DNA of 64,000 nt from Candidatus Latescibacterota bacterium (GCA_965242865.1 CBDETK010000013.1:2400001-2464000), one strand, 5' to 3'; shown: positions 28,340 to 40,300, numbered from the stretch's first letter. Notes: generated by a model not told the origin, from the sequence alone. Program-made: numbers and translations.

Positions 28340-29299
28340 ATGGTAACTCAACGGACGCGCCTCGTGGTCTCGCTGATGCTATGCGCCCTATTGGCCCCGC
28401 CTGCCACCGCGCAGGAAGAAGGAGGCTTTGAGGGAAGCCCAACCGATTTCCTTCCGTTGGAAGTAGGTAATCAGTGGACTTATACGCACAGGTATTCTAA
28501 TAGGGTTTACGGCAGCCACGCGGTCTTTTTCGACTACGCATACGACTTGGATGCCTTTGATCCTTTGGCCTTGCTAATTGATCGGCTGACGATGGAGATA
28601 CCTGGGTATCCTTTATCTCCCGGTTTGGCAGATTCGGTAAAGCCACTTGACGACCTCAGATCCCCCGGCGCACGAGAGCTAACCATTGAAATTACTCATA
28701 CCGAGACGATTGAGGGCCATACGTACTTTGTCTTTAGCCAGCCAGCATACGATTGGCCGCCCGTGCCTACTCTTTGCTTGGTTGGCCAGAAGGTGCGCTT
28801 CTCCGATGAAGGGGTGCTACTCATACGCCAGCCGGAGCAAGACATTCCCCTATATGACTTTGCTCCGCCTTATAAATATGACTTTGCTCAAGTTCATGGC
28901 GACAAGGACTATACCACGCCAGCATATCCTGTGCTATACGACGCACACGACCCGGTTCGACTACCACTGCGTGTACGTCGTTTCTCTTGGGACGCAAGAT
29001 TGAGAATCCGTTGGCCTTTGTTTTATCCCCCCCCAAGGAGCTTCGGGCCGGCCTTCGTCACTCGTTTTACTGTTAACCCTGGATTGGGGAACGTTTATTT
29101 TCTAGAAAACTATGGGATCCTCGGATACAGTATATGGTACCCAGGGTGGGATAATGTTGCAATCTTTTCAAATTTTCTTACGACGGTTTCGGCGGTTATT
29201 GATGGCAAAGAGATCTCCTACCCCTATGTTTCTGTAGAGACAAGGGTTCAATCTACCTCTTGGGGCCAACTCAAAGCGCGTCACGGGCAGGAGCCATAG
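28340..29299 (+). CDS. Secreted partner protein S2 (paralog of S1)
   Basis: FLPLEVGNQWTY...STSWGQLKARHGQEP; AAGGAG RBS. Confidence 0.8.
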   Translation: MVTQRTRLVVSLMLCALLAPPATAQEEGGFEGSPTDFLPLEVGNQWTYTHRYSNRVYGSHAVFFDYAYDLDAFDPLALLIDRLTMEIPGYPLSPGLADSVKPLDDLRSPGARELTIEITHTETIEGHTYFVFSQPAYDWPPVPTLCLVGQKVRFSDEGVLLIRQPEQDIPLYDFAPPYKYDFAQVHGDKDYTTPAYPVLYDAHDPVRLPLRVRRFSWDARLRIRWPLFYPPPRSFGPAFVTRFTVNPGLGNVYFLENYGILGYSIWYPGWDNVAIFSNFLTTVSAVIDGKEISYPYVSVETRVQSTSWGQLKARHGQEP

Positions 29300-32200
29300 A
29301 GCCGCTCTCATTAACCTGCCCGTCGCCCGCTGTTGCCGTAAACGTCCGCGGTGCCCACGGCGGCCCCACCACCGCCGACGTCTTGGGGCTTTGTGCCTGC
29401 TGCCGACCATAGTCATCGGCATAGGACACCCGCGCCACGAGCTGCAACCCCAAATGCACTGTGCTCACCCGCAACGGCTCCGACTGCAATGCGCTGGGCG
29501 GCGGATCGGCTCCATTGGCCCCCGACACCCCCGCCGGCAGGAAAAACGACCAAGTAAACCCCACATCCGTCGGGTTATCCGGGTCGGTCAACGTCGCGGT
29601 CAGGTCGTCGCCGACCTGCGGCGTGGTCGTCGAGAGCGCCACACGCCCTTTGGTGTCCACCGGCAACGTCACCGTATCCGTCCGCGTCGTCGCCGACCAT
29701 CCCCCGCCGTTGCGCACCCGCACTTCAAACCGATAGGACCCCCCATCCACCAGCGGATGCCGCACCGTAAACGACCGCGTCGTCGCCGCCGTGCCCATGG
29801 ACAGCCAGCCCCCCCACGCGGTGGACAGCCAGCCCCCCCACGCGGTGATCGGCTCCAAAATCTGGCCCCGCTTATACTGCCACTCGCGGATGCTGGTGTG
29901 CGTCGGCCCCGTCCACGTCAGCGTCGCCTGTCGAATGCCCGGCGTGGCCGTCAAGCCCGTGGGCGCACCCGGTGGCGGTTGCACTCCCGCCACCCCCGGC
30001 AGCGTATCGGACCAAGCACTCACCGTCTCGCCCACCCGCGCCCGCACTCGGTAGCGATAGCGGCGGTCGGCATCGACCCCTCGATGCACATAGGGCTGTG
30101 CGCCGTTGGCTTGCTGGGTCGTCCACGCCGAAGGCCACGACCCGCCGTCAAACGGCTTGCTCTGCCCCTCCACCTCATAGCCGGTCGCCGACGCCACCGC
30201 CGACCAAGCAACCTTCAGCGCCGGGCCGGCCTGCACTGAAACCGAACCGCCCGTGGGCCGAGCCAACCACGGCGTGACCGTATTGCTCACCGCCGAAGGC
30301 CGACCGCCGCCGGCCCCATTGACCGCCCGCACTTGAAACCGATACGCTTGACCGGCCGTCAAGCCTTCTACCGGGGCCGACCACCCCGCCACGGCACTAC
30401 CACTGACCGTCGCGTCCAGCCAATCCCCCTCCGTATCGGCCCCCTCCGCCGTCACATCCCGATACCGCCACTTGATGATGCTGGCATGATCCGGCCCCGT
30501 CCACCGCAGCGTCGCTTGGCTTGCCCCGGCCTCGGCGGTAAACCCCGTCGGCGGACCCACCCCGGGCTGAACCCCCGCCAAAGGCTCCGCCGCCGACCAC
30601 GCACTCTCCAACTCGCCCACCCGCGCCCGCACCTGATACCGATACAGGCTATCCGGCGATACCCCCTGGTGAACATACCGCCGCCGGCCAACGACATCGG
30701 ACGCCAATGATGTCCACGTCGAAGGCCACGACCCGCCATCAAAGGGTTTGCTCTGCCCTTGCACCGCGTAGCTCGTCGCCGCGACCACCGCCGACCACTC
30801 CACCCGAACCTGCGTCCACCCCGACCGAAACGACACCCCCGACGGCGCAACCGGCGGACCGACCACCGCCTCACTTGGATCACTCTCTGCCGTCCGTTCC
30901 GTGTTGGGATCGTGCCCATCGCGGTAGCGCACCGTCGCCTGCAACTGCCACCCCACATCGCCCGACACCGGCGTGTAACTCGATAGCTCAGGATACGCCG
31001 AGGCCGCACCCGACACCGCCGACGAAGCCCCCGACACCCCGGCCCCAATCGCTTCCCATGCTCCCGTTGTGCCCAACCGACGCTGCCACTGCCAAGCCGA
31101 TCCCGTAATCTGCCCATCCGGATCGGTCAACCCCGCCACCACTGCCGTGCCCACCTCCGGCGGCAACCCCCCCGTCAGCACCACCGACCCATCCTCGTTC
31201 TGATTGACGACCGACACCGACACCCGCAGGCTGTCCGACAGCACCGCGTCGGAGACCTTCACCCACACGTCGTAGCGCGCTTGGGCTTCATAATCGGCCG
31301 CATTCGCCAAATGGAGTTCCCGCGACGGCTCCGTCCCCGGCGACGCCGGTTCCTTCAATTCAAACGCACTCGCATCCGTGCCCGTTATACTCCACGTCAG
31401 ATCGTCGCCATCCGGGTCGCGGCCAGTATAGGTGCCCAACAACCACGGTGAGGAACTGTTTTCGGCTATGTCCACCGACGCCGGACCCGACACCGACGGG
31501 GCGCGGTTGGCAGCCGGACGCACCGGCGAAGTCAAAGCACTCGTCGCCGACGCCGCGCCAAAAGAGTCCGTGTAGTCGGCTTGGATACGCAGAGGCTTCC
31601 CCACGCGGCTGTTGGGGATAGTCAGCGTCCATGTCTGCGTCGCCTCCGACGCCGGCCCGGTTACGCCGCCGTCCGAGGTGCTCTCATAGTGGGGCGTCCA
31701 ATACACCGGCTCTGCAATGCCATCTTCGTCCGATAGCGTTGCCGTGAGGGATTCCTCCGCTCGCGGCGCGGTCGTCGAAAGGCGAATGACACCGGCATCG
31801 TTGGCATCGGTCACCGACACGATGACCGACACGGACACATCGCCGATGGATACCGACACCGCGTAGGTGTTGTTCGCACCATCGTCGGCAGGCTGCTCAA
31901 AGTTGGGAGGACGCTTGAACTCAAGCATCCGCGACGTGCCCGTCCCTTGTAACTCCGCAAACGCACTCGTATCCGTCCCCGCCAACTTCCACGACAACGC
32001 CGAACCACACCCAGCACTCGCCGTGTACGTGCCCACCACCCCAGTGGCGTTTTCCGCAAATGTCGGAACCGTCGCCCCCGTCAGCAGGCAGACCGGCGCC
32101 CGCGGCGTCACCGCATCGCTCACCGCCGACGGCTGGCCGTCCCCCGCTCCATTGACCGCCCGCACTTGAAACCGATAGGCTTGTCCCGGCGTCAAGGCGT

Positions 32201-35200
32201 CCACCGTGGCCAACCACTCCGTTGAGGCACTACCGCTGACCGCTGCGTCCTTCCAACCCCCCCGCGTATCGGCCCCCAACGCCGTCACATCCCGATACTG
32301 CCACTGGGTAATACTGGCGTGATCTGGACCCGTCCACCGAAGCGTCACCTGACCAGCACCCGCCGCCGCCCGAAACCCCGTCGGAGCATCAACGCCGGGC
32401 TGGACCCCGGCCGCATCCGGCACCAGAGCCGACCACCCACTCACCGACGCACCCGCCCGCGAGCGCACCTGATACCGATACAGGCTATCCGGCGACACCC
32501 CCCGGTGGGCATACCGCAGAGCGGTGATGTTGGTCGCCAATGACGACCAAGCCGCCGGCCAAGGGCCCCTATCAAAGGGTTTGCTCTGCCCCTGCACATC
32601 GTAGCTCGTCGCCGACGCCACCGCCGGCCACTCCACCCGAATACGGCCCCACCCAGCCGTCACCGACGCGGCCGGAGGGCCGAACACCGCCGCACTCGTG
32701 AACCCCTCGGCACGTTTGTTGGGACCATGATTGTCGGTGTAATGCACCGACGCCCGCAGGTAATAGCCTATGTCCGACGCTGGGGGCGTGTAGCTCGACT
32801 GTTCGGGATAATTGGTCGCTGCGCCAGCCGCGCCAGCGGGCACAGACACGGGTTGCCACGAAGCGGTATCACGCTCCCAGCGATGCCAAGCCCAACTCGC
32901 CCCGGTGAACGTCAGCCCCTCGTCCGGATCGGTCAGACGCGCCACCAACGGAACCCCTACCTGTGGCGGCTGTGGCGACAGTGCCACCGAACCGGCTTCC
33001 TCCACATTCACCACCGACACCGTGACCAACAGGGTATCCGACACCGCCCCATCGGTTGCTCCCACCGCCCCGCTCAAAGGCACATCCCGAACCACCACGC
33101 CAATATCGTAGGTCGTTTTATACCCACCGCCCGCTAACGGCACCTCATAGTTGGGCGGCTCCCGAAACTGCAAGGTGCGCTCGTGGCCAGCGTTGCCCGA
33201 CGTTTGAACCAAAGTGAAACTGCTCGCATCAGCCCCAATCAAAGACCACACCGGCGCGTTTGGATTCGGATCGGTGTTCCGATAGACGCCGACGGCAACC
33301 GGATCGGTGACATTCGGATCGATGTTTTCATTCACCGATGGCTTCGCCGCCCCAGCAGCAGACGGAGGGGCATCAGGGACCGACACCGGGGCACTTGCAG
33401 CCATATCATCGGTACTGCCTACCCCGTCGTTGTAACTCACTGTTGCCCGCACTTCATGGCCCCCGTCCTGAGCCATCAGCGTGTAGCTTATATCGGTCGC
33501 CCCCGAGATGTCCGCCCCCGTCCATGTGAGCACTCCGACGATCCGCCGTTGCCACTGCCAAGACAAGACCGAATTCGACAGGTTCGGATCGGCCAGCGTC
33601 GCCGTCAACACGTCGCCCACTCGCGGAGTATTAAGCACCCCAGAAGAAGCCAAGGAGATCGCGCCGGGGCGGTCAAAGGCGAACTCCACCGCAGCAGCAG
33701 AACTCACGTTATGAGGGGAGAACCCATTGGTGACCGTCCGCGCTTGGAAAGTGTATTTTGTGCCGGTCAAGTCCGTGATTTTGGCCCCGCTATTAATCAG
33801 CGTCCCATTTAATGGTGGGTGCCAATTTTTACCCTCGTCGGTACTATACTGATAGCCGGTGATCGTGTCCCCATTCTGGCTAGGATCGGTCCAACTGAGG
33901 GTCACCGCGTTGTCGTCATCATCAACCGGCGTAGCCGTCAAATTCGTCGGCGACAACGGGATGAAGTGGATATCGACCTCTGCATAGGCCCCATCGCTGT
34001 CGTTTTTGATCTCGATGTTGCGGAACGCCAGACGGGAAGGATCGGGATCGGGATTGGCAGATTGTGAGTTTTTGTTGGTACCTACGGATCTCTGCGTTGC
34101 ATGGCGCAGATGGGTCGCATCCGTCGCCTCTGTTACGGTCGGCCCATGCGTCTGAGGAGCCGCACCAAACGGATCGGACAGCAGATCGTCTAACATAATG
34201 TCATAAGGGTCGGGTGCTCCAACGGGAAACCGAGCATCATCAATTGAGCGGCCGTCCGCCGGGATGAGCATGGGGTTGGAAGCGGCCGTACCAGATGCGC
34301 GGCACCAGATGAGCAGCCCGGACGAACTCAACTCATTATAAGAGACATATTTCCCAAAGTTTTTATTACTGTCGCTCACATCGCGAAAATCCAAGAGGTA
34401 ATCTTGGCGGTTGATACTAGGAACTACGTAAATATGCGCCGGGCCGGGACGAATTCTCTTGTTGGTCGTAGACGATCTTATAGTCTCAGTAGTATTCCAT
34501 TCCAAGTCCATCCGGTAGAAAGGGTTATAGGGGTTGGGGCAAGAGCGGTAGGTTAGGTTGTAATAGGATGGCGTACCGTCGTTATTCTTACCTGCAATTT
34601 TAGGACCATGTGCACCGTCCTGCATCGAACCCCAGCCCAACAAATTGGCAGGATCAAAGGATACGTTTGTTTGTTGAGGAGTAGGATGAGGGTTCGGCCC
34701 TTTCCATAAACCATCAGGATGGTTAAATCCGAATAGATGCCCCCATTCGTGGACGTGAAGACCGATACCAGCAAAACGATCCACCGAGTGTTCTTTATCG
34801 GACTGATGGCTCCAATCATCCCAACCTTGGCGCTCGCCCATCACCATCCGAGCACCAATTCCTCTCGTTGCCGTAGCAGACCAAGTGGTTACATCTACCC
34901 GGGGATGCAGAGGACTGTAATTCGTAGGCGTGAGACCAGAATACACGTAGATCGCCTTGTTAGCTAGTAGAGTAGCGGCAGTGGAAGGGGGTGCCGTTTT
35001 GTAGGGAAAAGGTGAGGGATCCGTGGAAGACGGCACGGAGTTTAGCACATCCCCGTTCGTGTCATCTGCCCGGACCGCAGCCTCCGCATCATCCCAAAAT
35101 GTGCTTGAACCGCCGGACAGATCAGCGTAATCGTATTTCGTCTTGGGAAGCTCAAGCCACATAGGAGAGCCATCACTGTTTCTTTTATTCAGAATCTCAA

Positions 35201-35891
35201 ACTCTATGATGTCGCCTCCATACACTTCGTCAAAATAGGCCCTTAAACTGCCAAAAACTGCCTCGGTTTCTGCTGTCTTACCCGGCGCCTGACGCGAGAG
35301 TGCTGTAGCACCTTTATAAGCAGGGACACCAGTCTCGTAGCCTCCATTGAAGAATTGATTGAACAAATCCCACGAGTAGCCATAAGGTTGGTCATAGCCA
35401 TTATAGAAGTTCTTTGCTGGATCCGTTTCTGACGGAAAGGTGACCAACACCACGTAGCCCTTACATTTGTTTGTCGGCGAACAAACAAAATGGTCTGGGT
35501 CGCCAATCATCCCCTGCACTTGGCTGTCCGGGTCTCTAGCATATCCGTGTGCAATGCGCACCGAGTTTATCTCCGCAATGCGTGCCGCACTCCGCTGTAG
35601 GTGTTTAGGAATGCCGTAACTGACCGGGTTATCAACGCCTACCCTATAAGGCGACGCCACATATTCACCGCGTACGTCTAGCTCCGCGTAGTAGGCCCAG
35701 CCATCGCTACCATAAACGAAGACATAGCCGTCCGCGGTTTCTCGATTTCCCCCAAATTCGTCCCCCCAAGCATGGTACACAAAGGTCGTGCCATCCGGTT
35801 GGGAGACTTCGCCCCATACGTCAATGCCTGTGGACCAAACGCTAGACGACAGCGCAATCAGCAGCGTCAAAACAGCAAGGTAGGTTTTCAT
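29271..35891 (-). CDS. Protease P3: QPDG pro-domain, metzincin-like protease, FN3/cadherin stalk, lacking the sorting domain
   Basis: QPDGTTF...WGDE...DGY N-domain, GSLRAYFDEV, HEWGHLFGFNH. Homology to P1 stops at 29314. Confidence 0.85.
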   Translation of the reverse strand: MKTYLAVLTLLIALSSSVWSTGIDVWGEVSQPDGTTFVYHAWGDEFGGNRETADGYVFVYGSDGWAYYAELDVRGEYVASPYRVGVDNPVSYGIPKHLQRSAARIAEINSVRIAHGYARDPDSQVQGMIGDPDHFVCSPTNKCKGYVVLVTFPSETDPAKNFYNGYDQPYGYSWDLFNQFFNGGYETGVPAYKGATALSRQAPGKTAETEAVFGSLRAYFDEVYGGDIIEFEILNKRNSDGSPMWLELPKTKYDYADLSGGSSTFWDDAEAAVRADDTNGDVLNSVPSSTDPSPFPYKTAPPSTAATLLANKAIYVYSGLTPTNYSPLHPRVDVTTWSATATRGIGARMVMGERQGWDDWSHQSDKEHSVDRFAGIGLHVHEWGHLFGFNHPDGLWKGPNPHPTPQQTNVSFDPANLLGWGSMQDGAHGPKIAGKNNDGTPSYYNLTYRSCPNPYNPFYRMDLEWNTTETIRSSTTNKRIRPGPAHIYVVPSINRQDYLLDFRDVSDSNKNFGKYVSYNELSSSGLLIWCRASGTAASNPMLIPADGRSIDDARFPVGAPDPYDIMLDDLLSDPFGAAPQTHGPTVTEATDATHLRHATQRSVGTNKNSQSANPDPDPSRLAFRNIEIKNDSDGAYAEVDIHFIPLSPTNLTATPVDDDDNAVTLSWTDPSQNGDTITGYQYSTDEGKNWHPPLNGTLINSGAKITDLTGTKYTFQARTVTNGFSPHNVSSAAAVEFAFDRPGAISLASSGVLNTPRVGDVLTATLADPNLSNSVLSWQWQRRIVGVLTWTGADISGATDISYTLMAQDGGHEVRATVSYNDGVGSTDDMAASAPVSVPDAPPSAAGAAKPSVNENIDPNVTDPVAVGVYRNTDPNPNAPVWSLIGADASSFTLVQTSGNAGHERTLQFREPPNYEVPLAGGGYKTTYDIGVVVRDVPLSGAVGATDGAVSDTLLVTVSVVNVEEAGSVALSPQPPQVGVPLVARLTDPDEGLTFTGASWAWHRWERDTASWQPVSVPAGAAGAATNYPEQSSYTPPASDIGYYLRASVHYTDNHGPNKRAEGFTSAAVFGPPAASVTAGWGRIRVEWPAVASATSYDVQGQSKPFDRGPWPAAWSSLATNITALRYAHRGVSPDSLYRYQVRSRAGASVSGWSALVPDAAGVQPGVDAPTGFRAAAGAGQVTLRWTGPDHASITQWQYRDVTALGADTRGGWKDAAVSGSASTEWLATVDALTPGQAYRFQVRAVNGAGDGQPSAVSDAVTPRAPVCLLTGATVPTFAENATGVVGTYTASAGCGSALSWKLAGTDTSAFAELQGTGTSRMLEFKRPPNFEQPADDGANNTYAVSVSIGDVSVSVIVSVTDANDAGVIRLSTTAPRAEESLTATLSDEDGIAEPVYWTPHYESTSDGGVTGPASEATQTWTLTIPNSRVGKPLRIQADYTDSFGAASATSALTSPVRPAANRAPSVSGPASVDIAENSSSPWLLGTYTGRDPDGDDLTWSITGTDASAFELKEPASPGTEPSRELHLANAADYEAQARYDVWVKVSDAVLSDSLRVSVSVVNQNEDGSVVLTGGLPPEVGTAVVAGLTDPDGQITGSAWQWQRRLGTTGAWEAIGAGVSGASSAVSGAASAYPELSSYTPVSGDVGWQLQATVRYRDGHDPNTERTAESDPSEAVVGPPVAPSGVSFRSGWTQVRVEWSAVVAATSYAVQGQSKPFDGGSWPSTWTSLASDVVGRRRYVHQGVSPDSLYRYQVRARVGELESAWSAAEPLAGVQPGVGPPTGFTAEAGASQATLRWTGPDHASIIKWRYRDVTAEGADTEGDWLDATVSGSAVAGWSAPVEGLTAGQAYRFQVRAVNGAGGGRPSAVSNTVTPWLARPTGGSVSVQAGPALKVAWSAVASATGYEVEGQSKPFDGGSWPSAWTTQQANGAQPYVHRGVDADRRYRYRVRARVGETVSAWSDTLPGVAGVQPPPGAPTGLTATPGIRQATLTWTGPTHTSIREWQYKRGQILEPITAWGGWLSTAWGGWLSMGTAATTRSFTVRHPLVDGGSYRFEVRVRNGGGWSATTRTDTVTLPVDTKGRVALSTTTPQVGDDLTATLTDPDNPTDVGFTWSFFLPAGVSGANGADPPPSALQSEPLRVSTVHLGLQLVARVSYADDYGRQQAQSPKTSAVVGPPWAPRTFTATAGDGQVNESGSMAPARDAL
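29798..29845. repeat. 24-bp in-frame tandem duplication (TAWGGWLS x2)
   Basis: tggacagccagcccccccacgcgg repeated twice; single copy in the paralogs. Confidence 0.9.
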
Positions 35892-35908
35892 CGGGTACTC
35901 CTATCCGT

Positions 35909-36607
35909 TCACTTGTGGAAGAGGTGTTTTACAGCACCCCAAGAGCGTTCTTGAACCACCGTAGGAGAATCGTAGCCGGGCGGGAGATCAAGGCCGACCT
36001 TATAAGGCGATGCCACATACTCGCCTTGCGCGTCCAGTACCGCATAGTAATACCAGCCACTCTGATCGTCATAAACGAACGCATAAAAGGGGTCGCCATC
36101 GCCATAGTTTATGAGGGGCGTATCATCTATGGAGATGACATAGCCATCCGCGGGGACTTCAACAACTGTATCGCAGCCGATTGGTAGTGGCTTGATTGGC
36201 AGTGGCTGGTCTCTATAAGCTATAAAGGCCGTGCCATCTGGCTGGGTAAGGAACAGCCTAGGCCCGAAACGCATAATTAATACCGCGTCTATCTCCGCTT
36301 GGCGGATGGCACTCCGCTGCCGCTGTAGGTTCTTGGGAATGCCTATCTCAGCCGGGTCGTCAATGCCGACCTTATAAGGCGACGCCTCATATTCACCACG
36401 TGCGTCCAATTCCGCATAGTACCACCAGCTATCGCTACCATAGACGATGACATAGCCGGCCGCAAACGTCTTGTCTCCCAAGCGATGGACGATAAAGGTC
36501 GTGTCATCCGGTTGGACGCGAAACCCCCATTGGTCAATGTTCTCAAAAGCCCAAACGCCAGACCCAAGCACAACCAGCAGCGTAAAAACAGCAAGGTAGG
36601 TTTTCAT
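35909..36607 (-). CDS. Secreted stand-alone pro-domain paralog T1 (two QPDG domains, C-terminal SWGAVK)
   Basis: Signal peptide and first domain homologous to the P3 N-terminus (YYAELDARGEYEASPYKVG); no HExxH. Confidence 0.8.
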   Translation of the reverse strand: MKTYLAVFTLLVVLGSGVWAFENIDQWGFRVQPDDTTFIVHRLGDKTFAAGYVIVYGSDSWWYYAELDARGEYEASPYKVGIDDPAEIGIPKNLQRQRSAIRQAEIDAVLIMRFGPRLFLTQPDGTAFIAYRDQPLPIKPLPIGCDTVVEVPADGYVISIDDTPLINYGDGDPFYAFVYDDQSGWYYYAVLDAQGEYVASPYKVGLDLPPGYDSPTVVQERSWGAVKHLFHK

Positions 36608-36624
36608 CGGGTTCTCCTATCCGT

Positions 36625-37374
36625 TCACTTGTGAAAGAGGTGTTTTACAGTACCCCAAGAGCGTTCTTGAACTGCCGTAGCAGGAGCGTATCCGGGCGGG
36701 AGATCAAGGCCGACCTTATAAGGCGATGCCACATACTCGCCTTGCGCGTCCCGTCGGCAACTATTTCGTGCATACCAAATACAATCCGCGTAGTAATACC
36801 AGCCACTCTCATCGTCATAAACAAAGGCATAAAAGGGGTCGCCACCGCCGTAGTTTATGACGTAGTAAAAGCCATCGGAAGCGGGGTTGCCAATGCGAAC
36901 GTCTATGGGGATAGAATCGCAGTTCACACAAACTGAATATCCCGAGTCTTCTTCATAGTCTAAGAGTATAGCAAGGACATAGCCTCTCCAATTAGCAAAA
37001 AAACTCGTGCCATCAGGCTGAGTAAGGATCATTGCGGAGAAACCCACTTGCAACACCACGTCTCTCTCCGCTTGGCGCACCGCACTTCGCTGTAGGTTCT
37101 TGGGAATGCCTATCTCAGCCGGGTCGTCAATGCCCACCCTATAAGGCGACGCCTCATATTCACCACGTGCGTCTAGTTCCGCATAGTACCACCAGCTATC
37201 GATACCAAAGACGATGACGTAGCCATCCACAAACGTCTTGTCTCTCAAGTGATGGACTTCAAAGATCGTGCCATCCGGTTGGGATGCAAATCCCGGTTGG
37301 TCAATGTCCTCAAAGGCCCAAACGCCAGACCCAAGCGCAACCAGCAGCGTCAAAACAGCAAGATATTTTCTCAT
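36625..37374 (-). CDS. Secreted stand-alone pro-domain paralog T2
   Basis: Paralog of T1; ends ERSWGTVKHLFHK. Confidence 0.8.
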   Translation of the reverse strand: MRKYLAVLTLLVALGSGVWAFEDIDQPGFASQPDGTIFEVHHLRDKTFVDGYVIVFGIDSWWYYAELDARGEYEASPYRVGIDDPAEIGIPKNLQRSAVRQAERDVVLQVGFSAMILTQPDGTSFFANWRGYVLAILLDYEEDSGYSVCVNCDSIPIDVRIGNPASDGFYYVINYGGGDPFYAFVYDDESGWYYYADCIWYARNSCRRDAQGEYVASPYKVGLDLPPGYAPATAVQERSWGTVKHLFHK

Positions 37375-37386
37375 CGGGTACTCCTA

Positions 37387-40300
37387 TCAGTTCACTTGTG
37401 GAAATGCAGTGGTCGGTTCCAACACCCGGCCCCGCTTATACTGCCACTCGGTGATGCTGGTGTGCGTCGGCCCGGTCCACCGAAGCGTCGCCTGTCGGAT
37501 GCCCGGCGTGGCCGTCAAGCCCATCGGTGCGCCCGGTGGCGGCTGCACCCCCGCCACCCCCGGCAGCGTATCCGACCAAGCACTCACCGTCTCGCCCACT
37601 CGCGCCCGCACTCGGTAGCGATAGCGGCGGTCGGCGTCCACCCCTCGATGCACATAGGGCTGTGCGCCGTGGGCCTGCTGCGTCGTCCACGCCGACGGCC
37701 ACGACCCGCCGTCATACGCCTTGCTCTGCCCCTGTACCTCATAGCCGGTCGCCGACGCCCCCGCCGACCAAGCAACCTTCAGCGCCGGGCCCGCCTGCAC
37801 TGAAACCGAACCGCCCGTGGGCCGAGCCAACCACGGCGTGACCGTATTGCTCACCGCCGAAGGCCGACCATCGCCGGCCCCATTGACCGCCCGCACTTGA
37901 AACCGATACTCGCGCCCCGCCGTCAAGCCTTCTACCGGGGCCGACCACCCCGCCACGGCACTACTGCTGACCGTCGCGTCCAACCAACCCCCGTCCGTAT
38001 CGGCCCCCTCCGCCGTCACATCCCGATACCGCCACTTGATGATGCTGGCATGATCCGGCCCTGTCCACCGCAGCGTCGCCTCGCTCGCCCCGGCCTCGGC
38101 CGTAAACCCCGTCGGCGGACCCACCCCGGGCTGCACCCCCGCCGAAGGCTCCGCCGACGACCACGCACTCTCCAACTCACCTACTCGCGCCCGCACCTGA
38201 TACCGATACAGGCTATCCGGCGATACCCCCCGGTGAACATACCGCCGCTGGCCGACGACATCGGACGCCAACGATGTCCATGTCGAAGGCCACGTGCCGC
38301 CATCAAAGGGTTTGCTCTGCCCTTGCACCGCGTAGCCCGTCGCCGTCGCCACCGCCGACCACTCCACCCGAACCTGCGTCCACCCCGACCGAAACGACAC
38401 CTCCGACGGCGCAACCGGCACACCGACCACCGCCCGACTTGGATCACTTGCGGACATCCGTTCCGCGTTGGGATCGTGCCCATCGCGGTAGCGCACCGTC
38501 GCCTGCAACTGCCACCCCACATCGCCCGACACCGGCGTGTAGCTCGATAGCTCAGGATACGCCGAGGCCGTGCCCGACACCGCTGATGAAGCCCCTGACA
38601 CCCCGGACCCAATCGCTTCCCATGCACCTGTCGCACCCAACCGACGCTGCCACTGCCAAGCCGCCCCGGTAATCTGCCCATCCGGATCGGTCAACCCCGC
38701 CACCACCGCCGTGCCCACTTCCGGCGGCAGCCCGCCCCTCAGCACCACCTCCCCATCCTCGTTCTGATTGACGACCGACACCGACACCCGCAGGCTGTCC
38801 GACAGCGCCGCATCGGAGACTTTTACCCACACGTCGTAGCTCGCTTGGGTTTCGTAATCGGCCGCACTCGCCAAATGGAGTTCCCGCGACGGGTGCGCCC
38901 CGGGCGACGCCGGTTCCTTCAATTCAAACGCACTGGCATCCGTGCCTGTTACGCTCCACGTCAACTCGTCGCCATCCGGGTCGCGGCCAGTGTAGGTGCC
39001 CAACAGCCACGGTTCGGAACTGTTTTCGGCTATGTCCACCGCCGCCGGACCCGACACCGACGGGGCGCGATTGGCAGCCGGACGCACCGGCGAGGTCAGC
39101 GCACTCATGGCCGACGCCGAGCCAAAAGAGTCGGTGTAGTCAGCTTGGAGGCGCAGGGACTGCCCCACGCGGCTGTTGGGGATAGTCAGCGTCCATGTCT
39201 GCGTCGCTTCCGACGCCTGCCCGGTTACGCCGCCGCCGTCCGAGGTGCTCTCATAATGGGGCGTCCAATACACCGGCTCTGCAATCCCATCTTCGTCCGA
39301 TAGCGTTGCCGTGAGGGATTCCTCCGCTCGCGGCGCAGTCGTCGAAAGACGAATGACACCGGCATCATTGGCATCGGTAACCGACACGGTAACCGACACG
39401 GACACGTCGCCGATGGATACCGACACCGCGTAGGTGTTGTTCTTGCCAGCGTCGGCAGGCTGTTCAAAGTTGGGAGGACTATGAGAACTATCGAACTCGA
39501 GGGTGCGCGACATGCCGTCCCCTTTCAATTGAAAGAAGCACTCATCCGTCCCCGCCAACCCCCACGACAACGCCGAATCACACCCCGCACTCGCCGTGTA
39601 CGTGCTCACCACCCCAGTGGCGTTTTCCGCAAATGTCGGATCGGTCGCCCCCGTCAGTTGACAGGGAACCTGCGGTGTCGCCTCTCGCTCGGCTCGAAAC
39701 CCGTTCCCATCATTGTTATCTCTGTTCTGAGCCAGCACCCGAAATACATATCGCGTCCCGTTGGTCAACCCCTCAATCGTCGTGTCCCGCGCCGACGCAC
39801 CCCCCGGCACCGCCGAAAAACCCGTCGACGCATCGCGATCCGCACTCGGAAAATACACCACCTTATACCGCCGGATCGGCAACCCCCCATTCGACGCCGG
39901 CGGCTGCCAACGCAAGACCACCTGACCATCGCCAGCCACCGCCTCAAACTCCCGCGGCGCACTCGGCCGACCGACCACCGACGCACTCGTGGCCCCCGAC
40001 GCACTTTTGTTGGAGCCATGACGGTCGGTGTAATGCGCCGTCGCCCGTAGCTGATGCCCTATATCATCCCGCTGCGGCGTATAGGACGCATGCGCCGACC
40101 CAATCGTCGTCCACGTATCCGTCGCACTCAACCCTCGTTCCCATTGCCAAACCGGAACCCCCACCACACCATTCGGATCGGTCAACTCCGCCGTCACCGA
40201 CTGACCCACCTCCGGCACGGTCCCAGACCAAGCCAACCCGACCGCACCGGGACGATCGAGAGTGAACCCCACCGCAGCCGAGGGCGTACCCGCCTCCTCG

